A stretch of DNA of 64,000 bases from Candidatus Fervidifonticultor secundus (GCA_031459385.1 JAVKIP010000002.1:128355-192354), one strand, 5' to 3'. Positions 32,257-42,332 are shown, counted from the first letter of the stretch. Notes: generated by a model not told the origin, from the sequence alone. Translations and numbers: made by a program.

Positions 32257-32629
32257 GGACGTGCATTGCCTCAGAATAGATCCAAGTCGGATCGCCGTCG
32301 CCCCATCGAAAGCCCGCGGCTACTTGGCCGTCTTTGGCTTCCGCCCTGACCCCTCTCGCCAGGGGCCAAACGGCCCAGGCCCTGCACCGCCGTCCTCCAC
32401 TGCCGCTGGGAGGCTTCCGGCTCTCTGGGTAGCAAGCGCTTGCGCCCGTTTCTGGCGCCCTTCACCCATGCGGCTCGTCGTCAGGACCCTGTGGGGGCCC
32501 CAGGGTGATCAGCGCTACAATCGGGCCAGGACCCCCTCCCAGCGCGTCCTGGAGGCCCCGGAGGTCGCGCCCTCCACCACGCAGGTCCCCCCGGGGGTCT
32601 CCCACACCCTCAACCCGGTTGCGCGCCAC

Positions 32630-35600
32630 CTAGTCTCCTGTGGCCGTGTACGGGCAGATGGACGCGAAGGCGCAGTACCGACAGGCCCGATAGAAGTCCG
32701 GGGTGGCCACAAACTGCTGGCGGCGGATGCCAGCGGCGGCCCGCGCGATCGCCTCTTCGGCGTCGGGCAGCATCGCCTCGGTGGGCACCGTCGAGCCCAC
32801 CAGGACCCGCTGGGGCCCGAGGAAGTGGAGTTCCAGACGGTCGGGCAGCCGGCCGTACTGGCGCTGGTAGGCCAGGGCGTAGATGGCCAGCTGCAGGCTC
32901 TCCCGGGCCCGACGATCCGCGTCCTTCTGCTGGCGGACGTCGCTGGTCTTGAAATCGATGATGACGATCTCCTGGCGGGCGTCGCCGTCCGGCCCGGGCG
33001 CCCGCCGCAGGTCTACCCGGTCCCACCGCCCGCGTACACGGGTGGTGCCCAGGGAGAAGGCGAAGCGGCTCTCGACCATGGTGGGCACGGTGTCGCTGGC
33101 CTGCTGGTATTCGAAGAACCGGGCCAGCACGGCCCGGCCTTCTTCCAGCCGCTGGTCTTCGTGCTCCCGGCTGATGAAGCCATCGGTGACCCACGCCTGC
33201 TCGAACGCCCGGATGAGATCATCGAGGGTCACCGGCTGCCCCCGCGCGCGGCGCCGGTTGTACTCCATGGCGCCGGCATGCACGGCGGCGCCGTAGACAA
33301 CCCGGTGGTCCCGCAGCAGCGGCACCCGCAGCACGTGCGTGTACTTGTACTTCAGCGGGCAGAGCTCGTAGTCGTCCACCTGGCGGAACGACAGGACCAG
33401 CGGCGCGTCCTCGGGCAGCACGCCCGGCAGCACCTGCTGCGGCTCATTTCGGGGCGCGTGGCGGTGAATCGCCTCCAGCGGCGACGGCTGCAGGGCCCGC
33501 ACGTCGACCGCGGGTCGATCCAGGGCCTCCAGCACGAACCGGCTCACCTTCCGGGGGCGCAGCCCACCGTAGTCGCGGGCGCTCGTCAGCACCAGTTCCG
33601 CTTTCGCCCGGGTCATGCCGACGTAGAACAGCCGGCGTTCCTCTTGGAGGTGGCTATCTCCGGTCGGGAGGACCTCCCGGTCGCGGACCAGCTCGTCGGG
33701 CAACTCCAGCGGATCGGTGCGGTGGCGCGTGGGAAACTTATCGGCGACGCAGTTCACCAGGAAGACCACGGGGAACTCCAGCCCTTTGGCCTTGTGGACG
33801 GTCAGCACGTGCACGCCGTCGAAGGCCGGATCGGGATCCGGCAAGGGCGGATCGTCGCCGGCAGCGATCAGGTCATCGATGCGGCGCACGAACTCGGGGA
33901 CGCGATCGTACAGCGCCACGTCGCCGTGGCGCGCCACGATGTCGAACAGCCGCGCCAGGTTGGCTACCTTGGCTTCGTCGCCGGGTTGCTCCGAGGTAGC
34001 GAGCCGGCGGATGTAGCCGGTGCGCTGCACGAGGTACTCGTACAGCACGCGGCCCGTGGCGTGGTGACGCATCAGACGCCGCATCTCGTCCAGGTCCTCC
34101 ACGAGCCTGGCGATGGCCGCCTGGCTCTCCGGCGCCAGCTCCGCGGCGAGGTCCGGCGCGCTGCCGAGGTGGCGGAACGTGTGCTCGAGCGAGCGGTTCC
34201 TGCGGTGCGCGTACGCCAGCGCCCGGGCCATGTCCGTGGGATCGATGAGGTAGAGCTCCGACGTGCCCAGGTAGTACAGGCTGAGGTTGTCCGCCGGGCT
34301 GGCCAGCACGCGGAGGAAGGCCAGCGCCACGCGCACCTCCTCGCGGTCGTACAGCCCACGGGTGCCAGAGAACCACCAGGGGATGCCCCGCACGTTCAGC
34401 GCGCGCAGGAACGGGTCCGCATCCTGATTGCTGCGGACCAGGATGGCGCAGTCCCCGTACCGTCCGCCGCCGGCGACGTACTCGGCGATGGCCCCGGCCA
34501 CGGCGTCGGCCTCGGTGCTCAACGTGTCGTAGTGCCGGTGCTCCACGGGCCGGCCGGGTCCCCCCAGCGCCACCAGCCGTTTGTCCAGGCCATTGCGGAC
34601 CTCGAGGCGGTCCGGGTTGTTGTGCTGGATCAGCCTGTATGCAGCGTCGAGAATCGCCTGGGGCGAGCGAAAGTTCTCCGTCAGGACGACCTGCGCGGCG
34701 TCGGGGTAGGTCGCCGTGAACCCCAGGATGTTGCTGATGGCGGCGCCGCGGAACTTGTAGATGCTCTGGTCGTCGTCTCCCACGACGGTGAGGTTGCGGT
34801 GCCCAGCGACCAGCAGCTTCAGCAGCTCGAACTGCGCATGGTTGGTGTCCTGGAACTCGTCCACGAGCACGTACCGGAACCGCGCCTGGTAGCGCGTGAG
34901 AATGTCGGGACGCCGGCGGAAGAGCTGCAGCGGTAGCACGATCAGATCGCCAAAGTCCACACGCCCGGCCCCCAGAAGCAGGCGCTGGTACCCCCGGTAG
35001 ACACGAGCCAGTTCCACATGCGTCGCCGCCAGCTCCCGCGCCTCGACATCCGTGCCCGCCTCGGCGCGTCCGGCCAGGTCCTGCGCGTAGGCCTCGTACT
35101 CCTCCGGGGCGATGTCCTCGTCTTTGGCCCTGCTGATCACCCCCAGCAGCGCGTGGATGTACCGGGTGGGGTCGCCGAGCGGGCGGTACCGCTCAAGCGG
35201 CAGCTCAAAGAGGCGATCACGGAAAAAGATGTACTGTTCAGGGCGGGACAGCACGCGGAAGTCAGGCGGCAGCCCGACCTCCAGCGCCTGCTCGCGCAGC
35301 ACGCGGTCCCCGAAGGCGTGGAACGTCCCGATCCAGGTGTCGGTGTACCCATAGGGCACCAGCTGGTCGACGCGGGCTTCCATCTCGACGGCCGCCTTCT
35401 CCGTGAAGGTCAGGGCGAGGATCTCCGACGGCTTCGCCCGCCGCGTGGCGATCAGCCATGCGATGCGCCGGGTGATGACCGTGGTTTTCCCCGTCCCCGC
35501 CCCGGCCACGATCAGGAGGGGACCATCCCCGTGGACGACCGCCGCCCGTTGGGCGGCGGTCAGGCCTTCCAGGACGCGCTCGCCGGCGTCGTCCGCTGCG

Positions 35601-35674
35601 ACCGCCGGTGCGCTGGCGAACTCCAGCGTCAACTGGTCAGCCAGGCGGGGGCGGTCAGGGAATCGCGTCGTCAT
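32630..35674 (-). CDS. UvrD/PcrA-family helicase fused to a C-terminal PD-(D/E)XK Fe-S nuclease
   Basis: AGAGTGKT, DEFQD, TVHKAKGLEF, EERRLFYVGMTRA; nuclease DRVD...IIDFKT...QLAIY; Cys pattern C..(long)..CxxC-x5-C. Confidence 0.92.
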   Translation of the reverse strand: MTTRFPDRPRLADQLTLEFASAPAVAADDAGERVLEGLTAAQRAAVVHGDGPLLIVAGAGTGKTTVITRRIAWLIATRRAKPSEILALTFTEKAAVEMEARVDQLVPYGYTDTWIGTFHAFGDRVLREQALEVGLPPDFRVLSRPEQYIFFRDRLFELPLERYRPLGDPTRYIHALLGVISRAKDEDIAPEEYEAYAQDLAGRAEAGTDVEARELAATHVELARVYRGYQRLLLGAGRVDFGDLIVLPLQLFRRRPDILTRYQARFRYVLVDEFQDTNHAQFELLKLLVAGHRNLTVVGDDDQSIYKFRGAAISNILGFTATYPDAAQVVLTENFRSPQAILDAAYRLIQHNNPDRLEVRNGLDKRLVALGGPGRPVEHRHYDTLSTEADAVAGAIAEYVAGGGRYGDCAILVRSNQDADPFLRALNVRGIPWWFSGTRGLYDREEVRVALAFLRVLASPADNLSLYYLGTSELYLIDPTDMARALAYAHRRNRSLEHTFRHLGSAPDLAAELAPESQAAIARLVEDLDEMRRLMRHHATGRVLYEYLVQRTGYIRRLATSEQPGDEAKVANLARLFDIVARHGDVALYDRVPEFVRRIDDLIAAGDDPPLPDPDPAFDGVHVLTVHKAKGLEFPVVFLVNCVADKFPTRHRTDPLELPDELVRDREVLPTGDSHLQEERRLFYVGMTRAKAELVLTSARDYGGLRPRKVSRFVLEALDRPAVDVRALQPSPLEAIHRHAPRNEPQQVLPGVLPEDAPLVLSFRQVDDYELCPLKYKYTHVLRVPLLRDHRVVYGAAVHAGAMEYNRRRARGQPVTLDDLIRAFEQAWVTDGFISREHEDQRLEEGRAVLARFFEYQQASDTVPTMVESRFAFSLGTTRVRGRWDRVDLRRAPGPDGDARQEIVIIDFKTSDVRQQKDADRRARESLQLAIYALAYQRQYGRLPDRLELHFLGPQRVLVGSTVPTEAMLPDAEEAIARAAAGIRRQQFVATPDFYRACRYCAFASICPYTATGD

Positions 35675-36308
35675 CCCGCTCGGGGCCGGCGGGTCCCATG
35701 ACCGTCCGCAGGGCCCGGGTGATCGCCTCCGTGCCGAAGCCCCGCCGCTGCAGCCAGGAAGCCAGCCGCCGCCGCGCCGTTGCGGGCGGGAGCCCGCGCA
35801 GCCGGAGGGAGCGCGCCGCGGCCTGTGCCGTGGCCAGCTCGTCCTCCCAGGCGGCTGGCAGGGCGGCCGCCAGCGCGTCGTGGATCACGCGTCTGTCGAC
35901 GCCGCGCGCCGAGAGCTCGGCGGCGAGGCGCCGGCGGCCGCTGGGCCGCAGACGTAGCCGGTCGGCGATCCAGGCCCGCGCGAACCGTGCGTCGTCGATC
36001 CAGCCCACCTGCGTCAGGTCGGCGACCACGGCCGCAACGTCGTCGCCGGCGTAGCCGCGCCGCCGCAGCGCGCGCTCGAGCTCTGCCCGGCTCCGCAGCC
36101 GCCGCTGCAGCAAGCGCAGCGCCGCGGTTCGCGCGTCCTGGCGCGCCGCTAGCTGGCGGGCCCGCTCCAGGACCGCCCCCGGGAGGAGTGCGCCCTCGAC
36201 GACGCCCAGCGCGTCCACATCGCGTGCGCCGAGCCGCAGGGTGCCCAGGCGCTCGACGGTCACGAGCCGGACGTCCGGATCCCGCGGCCAGGTCCGGACG
36301 CTGATCAC
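35655..36308 (-). CDS. recX: Regulatory protein RecX
   Basis: RLRSRAEL, GWIDDARFA, ELSARGV, LQRRGF; directly downstream of recA. Confidence 0.9.
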   Translation of the reverse strand: MISVRTWPRDPDVRLVTVERLGTLRLGARDVDALGVVEGALLPGAVLERARQLAARQDARTAALRLLQRRLRSRAELERALRRRGYAGDDVAAVVADLTQVGWIDDARFARAWIADRLRLRPSGRRRLAAELSARGVDRRVIHDALAAALPAAWEDELATAQAAARSLRLRGLPPATARRRLASWLQRRGFGTEAITRALRTVMGPAGPERDDDAIP

Positions 36309-36346
36309 ACGGCAGGCCGCATCCGTCGGCGCAGCAGGTCCGCGCG

Positions 36347-37411
36347 TCAGCTGCGGGCCCTCGCCACGGGCCGGGCCACAGGCTCCGGCGGCGGCGGCAC
36401 ATCGGCCACCGGCGCACCACGCACGATCCCCTTGGTCTCCCGGACGCGCCGTTCGATCTCCCGCGCCACCTCGGGATTGCTCTCGAGGAACTCGCGGGCG
36501 TTGTCGCGGCCCTGCCCCAACCGCAGGTCCCCATAGGTGAACCAGGCCCCGGACCGCGTGACGATGCCCAGCGCCGCAGCGGTGTCCAGGGCGCTAGCCG
36601 CTTTGGAGATACCCTGCCCGTAGATGATGTCGAATTCAGCATCGCGGAACGGCGGCGCGAGCTTGTTCTTGACCACCTTGACCCGCGCACGCATACCCCT
36701 GACCTCGTCTCCGCTCTTGAGATTCTCGGTCTTGCGGATCTCCATGCGAATCGAGGCGTAGAACTTGAGCGCCCGACCACCGGTGGTGGTCTCGGGGTTG
36801 CCGAACATGATGCCGATCTTCTCGCGGATCTGGTTGATGAAGATCACCGTGGTGCGGGACTTGCTGATGGTCCCTACCAGCTTCCGCAGGGCCTGCGACA
36901 TCAGTCGCGCCTGCAACCCCACGTGGGCGTCGCCCATCTCCCCTTCGAGTTCGGCCTTGGGGACCAGCGCAGCGACTGAGTCGACCACCACGACGTCGAC
37001 CGCGCCACTGCGCACCAGCGTCTCGGCGATCTCCAGCGCCTGCTCCCCGGAGTCAGGCTGGGAGAGCAGCAGGTTGTCGACATCAACACCCACCGCGCGC
37101 GCATAGGTGGGATCCAACGCGTGCTCGGCGTCGATAAAGGCAGCGACGCCCCCTTCCCGCTGTGCCTCTGCGATGATGTGGTAGCCCAGCGTGGTCTTCC
37201 CGGAGGCTTCCGGGCCGTAGATCTCGACGACCCGGCCGCGCGGCACCCCGCCGATGCCCAGGGCCACGTCGAGCGCGAGCGCCCCGGTGGGAATCACCTC
37301 GACCTGCAGCTTGGCGGTCGCCTCACCCAGGCGCATGATCGATCCCTTGCCGAACTGCTTTTCGATCTGCGACAGTGCCAGATCCAGCGCACGCTGACGC
37401 TCGCTGCTCAT
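36347..37411 (-). CDS. recA: Recombinase RecA
   Basis: [39 protein letters not shown]. Confidence 0.99.
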   Translation of the reverse strand: MSSERQRALDLALSQIEKQFGKGSIMRLGEATAKLQVEVIPTGALALDVALGIGGVPRGRVVEIYGPEASGKTTLGYHIIAEAQREGGVAAFIDAEHALDPTYARAVGVDVDNLLLSQPDSGEQALEIAETLVRSGAVDVVVVDSVAALVPKAELEGEMGDAHVGLQARLMSQALRKLVGTISKSRTTVIFINQIREKIGIMFGNPETTTGGRALKFYASIRMEIRKTENLKSGDEVRGMRARVKVVKNKLAPPFRDAEFDIIYGQGISKAASALDTAAALGIVTRSGAWFTYGDLRLGQGRDNAREFLESNPEVAREIERRVRETKGIVRGAPVADVPPPPEPVARPVARARS

Positions 37412-37449
37412 ATAGGGGTGGCCCTCCTCCCTGCGGACTCAATGGCCCA

Positions 37450-37478
37450 AGGCTACCAAACAAATGTTCGCCTGTCAA
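37450..37478 (-). promoter_or_regulatory. recA promoter with SOS (LexA) box
   Basis: TTGACA-N17-TAGCCT with CGAAC-ATTT-GTTTG (37457-37470) in the spacer. Confidence 0.85.
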
Positions 37479-37523
37479 CCCTGTACGCTGCACGCGTGCA
37501 GCCGATCATACTACGTATGGGGG

Positions 37524-38120
37524 TCAGGCGGGGGTAGAGTTCAACCTCTGGCCAAGCGGGACCTCCTTCCGGACGGTATAGACGGGTCCCTCCGGCGTCA
37601 GCTGACTCTCCATTACCTCGATCTTGGCCACACGCTGCCGGCCGATCTCCACGTCGCGATGCTGCTCGATGGCGCGGACGACGTCTCCCCATCGCTGCTG
37701 GTCCTTCACGCGCGCCAGGGTGACGTGGGGTCGAAAGGGCCGGGGGTCTTCGGGGAATCCATGCCGGCGCAGTGCCGCGGCAAGAGCCGCAGCCAGACCG
37801 CCCAGGGCCTCTGCTCCCTCGCGGGTGCCGACCCACACGACCTGGGGGCGCCGGGGACCGGGGAACACCCCGAGCCCGCCAAGCCGGATCTCGAACGGCT
37901 CGACCGTGGCGGCCGCCTCTCGCGCCGCCACGGTCGCCCGCGCCACCTGCGCCAGGGGGATTGCGCCAAGAAACCGCAAGGTCACGTGCAGGTGCTCGGG
38001 GTGGACCCAGCGCAACCGGGCCCCGGCCTGCCGCATACGCTCTTGACAATCCTCAAGTGCACGCCGCAGCGCGGGGTCCAGGGCCACGGCGATGAACGTG
38101 CGGTGGAGCGTGTCTGGCAC
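37524..38120 (-). CDS. thpR: RNA 2',3'-cyclic phosphodiesterase (2H family)
   Basis: Two HVTL motifs, RTFIAV start; lies between cinA and recA. Confidence 0.9.
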   Translation of the reverse strand: MPDTLHRTFIAVALDPALRRALEDCQERMRQAGARLRWVHPEHLHVTLRFLGAIPLAQVARATVAAREAAATVEPFEIRLGGLGVFPGPRRPQVVWVGTREGAEALGGLAAALAAALRRHGFPEDPRPFRPHVTLARVKDQQRWGDVVRAIEQHRDVEIGRQRVAKIEVMESQLTPEGPVYTVRKEVPLGQRLNSTPA

Positions 38121-38125
38121 CGGGC

Positions 38126-39364
38126 CTATCCGCGCAGCAGCGTCAGGCGCAGGAGATTCAGCGCTGTCTGGGCGGCCAGGTGGCGGATCACCCCACGCTC
38201 GAGGGTTGCCCCGAACCGGAACTCTTCCACCCACGGCGCGCCGGTTGATGTTAGCGCGATGTACACGAGGCCCACCGGCTTCTCCGCGGTGCCGCCGGCC
38301 GGTCCCGCAATGCCGGTGACCGCCAGCCCGAGATCCGCGCCGGCGCGCCGCCGCGCACCCTCGGCCATGGCGACGGCCACCGGCGCGCTCACAGCGCCGT
38401 GCGATGCCAGGAGGGCCGGCGGGACCTCCAGGTCGCGGATCTTGGCCTCGTCGCTGTACGGCAGGTACCCCGCCAGGAAGAACGCCGACGCGCCTGGCCG
38501 TTCAGCCAGGCGGGAGGCGATCAAGCCCGCCGTACACGACTCGGCCACGGCCAGCGTCCGCGCGCGCTCCACCAGCAACCTGGCCGTGGCGCTCTGCAGT
38601 GTCTCGTCGTCGAGGCCGAAGACCGCCTCGCCGAGACGATCCCGGAGTGCCGCCTCCACCCCGTCCAGCATGACGCCCACGGCATCCGGTGCGCCCTTGG
38701 CCGTAATACGGAGATGCACCTCGCCGAGCTTCGCCAGTGGCGCCACGGTTGGGTTGGTACCGTGGATGAGGGCACGCACACGCTCCTCCACCACCGACTC
38801 GCCCAACCCGGCGATGCGCAGCACCCTGGAGCGGATGACGACCCCGCCGGCCCGCCCGGTCAGCCAGGGAATCAGCCCCTCCGCGACCAGGCCCTCCATC
38901 TCGTGCGGTACGCCAGGGAACATGAAGATCGTGCGTCCGTCCGCCGGGACCATCAGGCCGGGGGCCGTACCGCGACGATTGGGAATGACCCGGGCACCCT
39001 GCGGGATCTTGGCCTGACGGAACACCGACGGCGGCGGCTCACGGCGGCGCTGGGCGAAGAACGCGGCGATGCTGCCGGCCACCTGCTCGTCGTGGGCCAG
39101 CGGTACGCCCAGCGCGGCCGCCACGGCTTCGGCGGTCAGGTCGTCCTCCGTAGGTCCCAGGCCGCCAGTCGTGATCACGAGGTCCGCGCGGCTCAGCGCC
39201 AGCCGGACCGCAGCCTGGATGCGCTCGAGGTTGTCGCCCACCGTCTGCTTGTGGAGCAGGTCGACGCCATGGGATGCCAGCAAGCGGGCCAGGTAGACGG
39301 CGTTGGTGTCGGTGATCTGTCCGAGCAGGAGCTCAGTGCCGACGGAGATCAACTCGGCCCGCAT
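38126..39364 (-). CDS. cinA: Competence/damage-inducible protein A (MocF-like + PncC domains)
   Basis: GTELLLG...DTN, GGLGPT.DDLT, AESCTAG, TGIAGP.GG. Confidence 0.95.
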   Translation of the reverse strand: MRAELISVGTELLLGQITDTNAVYLARLLASHGVDLLHKQTVGDNLERIQAAVRLALSRADLVITTGGLGPTEDDLTAEAVAAALGVPLAHDEQVAGSIAAFFAQRRREPPPSVFRQAKIPQGARVIPNRRGTAPGLMVPADGRTIFMFPGVPHEMEGLVAEGLIPWLTGRAGGVVIRSRVLRIAGLGESVVEERVRALIHGTNPTVAPLAKLGEVHLRITAKGAPDAVGVMLDGVEAALRDRLGEAVFGLDDETLQSATARLLVERARTLAVAESCTAGLIASRLAERPGASAFFLAGYLPYSDEAKIRDLEVPPALLASHGAVSAPVAVAMAEGARRRAGADLGLAVTGIAGPAGGTAEKPVGLVYIALTSTGAPWVEEFRFGATLERGVIRHLAAQTALNLLRLTLLRG

Positions 39365-39389
39365 CGTGTCCGGACCTCCCGCCGGGCGC

Positions 39390-40226
39390 TCAGGGCAGCG
39401 GCTCCCTGCCGAACGTGCGGCTGACGACTTCGCCCGGCCGTCCCAGCGGCCCCAGGGGCCTGCCGTTGACGGTGAGCACCACGGCCGCTGCGTTGCCGAC
39501 CCGGAGCGTGACCGGCCCGTCGCTCTGCCATCGTCGTATCTGGCCGGCCGTCACGAACCCCTCGAACAACGGTCCCTGGGCGCTCCGCACGAGGATCCAC
39601 GAGCGTCCCAGGGCCTGAATCTCGACGACCACCCCCTGGCCCTCAGTGGCACCGACATCGGCGCCGGCGGGCGACAGCGGTGCTGCTGCGGGGGCAGGTG
39701 GTGCGGCAGGTGGTGTGTCGGTCGGGGGAGCCGTGTCGGGGCCTGCGCGCTGACTGGCAGCAGGCGTGGCCGGGGTCTCGGGCGTCGCCTGCGGCCGGCT
39801 GAACTCACGGAGCTGTTGCCCGAGGTAGACGACGGACGCCACCAGGACGACCGCGAGGGCGATCCCGACCGACGTGACGATCCGGCGGAGCCGGGACCTG
39901 GGCTGGGCCGGCATGATCGGCGACCGCACGGCCTGGACGAGGCCGCTGGCACGGGGCGGCCGCATGGTCCCTGCCAGGCGGTCGACGAGCGCCGCGCTGT
40001 CCAGTTCGAGCTCACGGGCCACCGCGCGCAGAAATCCGCGCGCGTACGGAAACGGCGGCAGGTCGTCGAAGGCCTCGTTCTCCAGGGCGGCGAGGAACCT
40101 GGCCGAGATCTTGGTCCGTGCCTGGAGGTCGGCCAGCGTGAGGCCACGGGCCTGGCGCGCCGCCCGCAGCGCCGTGCCGATGCCCGCTCCCTCCGGTCGG
40201 TGGCGAGACGGCTCCGAGGACGTCAC
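39390..40226 (-). CDS. rodZ: RodZ-like HTH/TM/DUF4115 protein
   Basis: G..LR.AR, ALENEAFDDLP..YARGF, single TM, C-terminal LRVGNA..V.L.VNG. Confidence 0.85.
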   Translation of the reverse strand: MTSSEPSRHRPEGAGIGTALRAARQARGLTLADLQARTKISARFLAALENEAFDDLPPFPYARGFLRAVARELELDSAALVDRLAGTMRPPRASGLVQAVRSPIMPAQPRSRLRRIVTSVGIALAVVLVASVVYLGQQLREFSRPQATPETPATPAASQRAGPDTAPPTDTPPAAPPAPAAAPLSPAGADVGATEGQGVVVEIQALGRSWILVRSAQGPLFEGFVTAGQIRRWQSDGPVTLRVGNAAAVVLTVNGRPLGPLGRPGEVVSRTFGREPLP

Positions 40227-40286
40227 AGTGCGGAGGTTTCGCGGGGTGGGTACATTTCCCTCCGCAGTCCACGCGCGGCGAGGACC

Positions 40287-41243
40287 TCACGCCTGCGGGT
40301 GGCCGCGACGCCGCGCAGCCCAGGCACCCTCGATGGCCGCCGCCAGCGCGATGTTGTGCTCCAGCAGCGCGAGGTTCGCGGCAACCGCTGCGCCGCCCGT
40401 CGCCCGATCCACAGCAGCCAGGAGATAGGGTGTGAGCTGCGCGCCGCCGATTCCCGCAGCAGCGGCCGCGGCGTACCCCGCAGCCACCGCGCGCTGGATC
40501 GCTGCCGCGTCCAGGGCCGCGCCGGCAGGCGGCGGCTGCACGACCAGCAGCGCGGTGTGATCGCCCAGGCGGCCCTTTGCCTGCGCGATGGCGGCCACCT
40601 CATCGGGCGTCTCGACCCGGTGGGGCACCGGCACGCCGCTGTCGCCGGCGTAGAATGCCGGGAACGTGGCCGTGCGGTAGCCGACCACGGTGACGCCAGC
40701 GGTCTCCAGCGCCTCGACGGTCTTGGGGATGTCACACAGCGCCTTGGCCCCCGTGCAGACGACCATGAGCGGGTGCTGAGCCAGCGCCCCCAGGTCCGGG
40801 GAGACGTCCCAAGAGTCTGCGACCCCGACGTGGACGCCTCCGATGCCCCCGGTCGCCAGGGTCGCCACGCCTGCCGTGTGCGCGAGGGCCAGCGTTGCGG
40901 AGACCGTGGTGCCCCCGTGCGCCCCGCGCGCGACCGCCACGGGGAGATCGCGACGGGCGACCTTCACCGTCCCTGGCCCCAGCAGAAAGGCGAGGTCGTC
41001 CAGGGGTGCCCCCACGACGCACTGCCCCGCGCGCACCGCGCACAACGCGGGCGTGACGCCGGCCTGGCGCAGCAGCGCCTGCGCGCGTCTGGCCAGCGTT
41101 CGAGCGCGCTCGGGCGGCAGGCCGTGCGAGAACACCGCGCTCTCGAGCGCCACCACCGGTGCGCCGGTGGCCACGGCCTCCACGACCTCATGGCTGACGT
41201 CGACGAGCGCCGCCCCGACGCTGACGATGGTCTCGCCGGTCAC
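40287..41243 (-). CDS. psuG: Pseudouridine-5'-phosphate glycosidase
   Basis: PVVALES..SHGLP, GTTVSAT, ATGGIGGVH, GAK..D, TPYLL. Confidence 0.9.
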   Translation of the reverse strand: MTGETIVSVGAALVDVSHEVVEAVATGAPVVALESAVFSHGLPPERARTLARRAQALLRQAGVTPALCAVRAGQCVVGAPLDDLAFLLGPGTVKVARRDLPVAVARGAHGGTTVSATLALAHTAGVATLATGGIGGVHVGVADSWDVSPDLGALAQHPLMVVCTGAKALCDIPKTVEALETAGVTVVGYRTATFPAFYAGDSGVPVPHRVETPDEVAAIAQAKGRLGDHTALLVVQPPPAGAALDAAAIQRAVAAGYAAAAAAGIGGAQLTPYLLAAVDRATGGAAVAANLALLEHNIALAAAIEGAWAARRRGHPQA

Positions 41244-41244
41244 G

Positions 41245-41739
41245 TCACGACGCCTCCTTGCTGTACGGAATGCTGCCGGCGGCTGGCGGCGCCAGCGCAA
41301 TGAACCCCCTGCTCTGGGTTATCCCTTCGAGGTACCCGCGGTCCTGCTCGATGGCCAGGTAACCGCCCGCCAGGCCCGCCAGAGCGCCGCTGAGCAGGGC
41401 GCCCGTGTACCGTATGCGAAGCACGTCGATACCCAGCGAGTCGGCCGCCGCGGGGTGCTCGCCCACCGCCCGCAGCCGCAGTCCGAACCGTGTTCGACGC
41501 AACCCCCAGTGGCCCAGCAGCACCAGCACCAGCGCCGCAGGGATCATCGGCGACAGCCCGAAACTGAAGGCCGTCCGCACCGCCGCCAGCGTGCCCACGT
41601 AGTCCTGCCCTTCGATCCTGATGTTTCATAGGTTCGCCCGGCAGGCGAGGGCTGCGGGGAGACCCGAGAAGATCAACGGGATCGCGTTGAAGAAGATCGC
41701 GGCGAGACTGTCGGCCTGCGTCAGGCTGAACCGCAGCAT
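41245..41739 (-). pseudogene. Chimeric remnant of nucleoside ABC transporter permeases
   Basis: PLIFSGL..ALA.RANL*NI.IEGQ (permease I N-terminal part, in-frame TGA at 41626-41628) runs in frame into TRFGLRLRAVGEHPAAADSLGIDV...GFIALA (permease II part), then is truncated. Confidence 0.8.
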
Positions 41740-41889
41740 GGTCCCGGACACGTCCAGCGGGCTGCGTCCGATGGCCAGGATGTCCCGGAGGTCACCAGCG
41801 CGCCGCACGCGATAGCTGCCACGGGGACGAGGGCCTGGAGCACCAGCAGCCGGGCGGTCATGCGCCCGGGTCCTCTGCAGCGCGAGCTG

Positions 41890-42226
41890 CTACCCGGTCT
41901 CGAACTTGTCGATCAGCGGAATCTTCATCCCGCCCACGAAGCCGATCTTCCCAGTCTTGGACTTCATCGCGGCCGCGGCACCCACCCGAAACGATTCCTC
42001 GTGCTCCTTGAACAGCAGGCTCGCCGCGTTCGGCTCCCTGCCGATGAAACCACGCCAGCCCGGTGTACGCCATGTCGTTGAACGACGGGTCCCCGCGGCC
42101 GCCCACATCGTACACCAGGCCGATCCGGAGCTTCTTGGCGTCCGCGGCCGGTGCGGCGGGAAGTGTCCCCGCCGGCAGCAGCGCGCACACGGACAACAGG
42201 ACCACCAAGCGTAGCACGTTCCCCAT
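41890..42226 (-). pseudogene. Remnant of a BMP-family nucleoside-binding protein
   Basis: Signal peptide plus [21 protein letters not shown], then a frameshift/deletion to [33 protein letters not shown] and a premature stop. Confidence 0.82.
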
Positions 42227-42332
42227 GCTCCACCCTCCCGGAGCCACCGGAGATCACCGGCGGGCCGTCTCGGTCTCGCCTGGAACCGGTGAGAGAGATT
42301 CGGGGCGCGCACGCCCGTCTCTCCGGTGCCGG

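Noticed and set aside
32326..32375. SRP (4.5S) RNA, suggested by TCAGG..GGAA on the minus strand
   Set aside because: The conserved AGCA of SRP domain IV is missing
41626..41628. In-frame TGA as a selenocysteine codon
   Set aside because: It falls at the aromatic position of the permease L(F/W)NIG motif rather than at a Cys, inside an otherwise decayed operon
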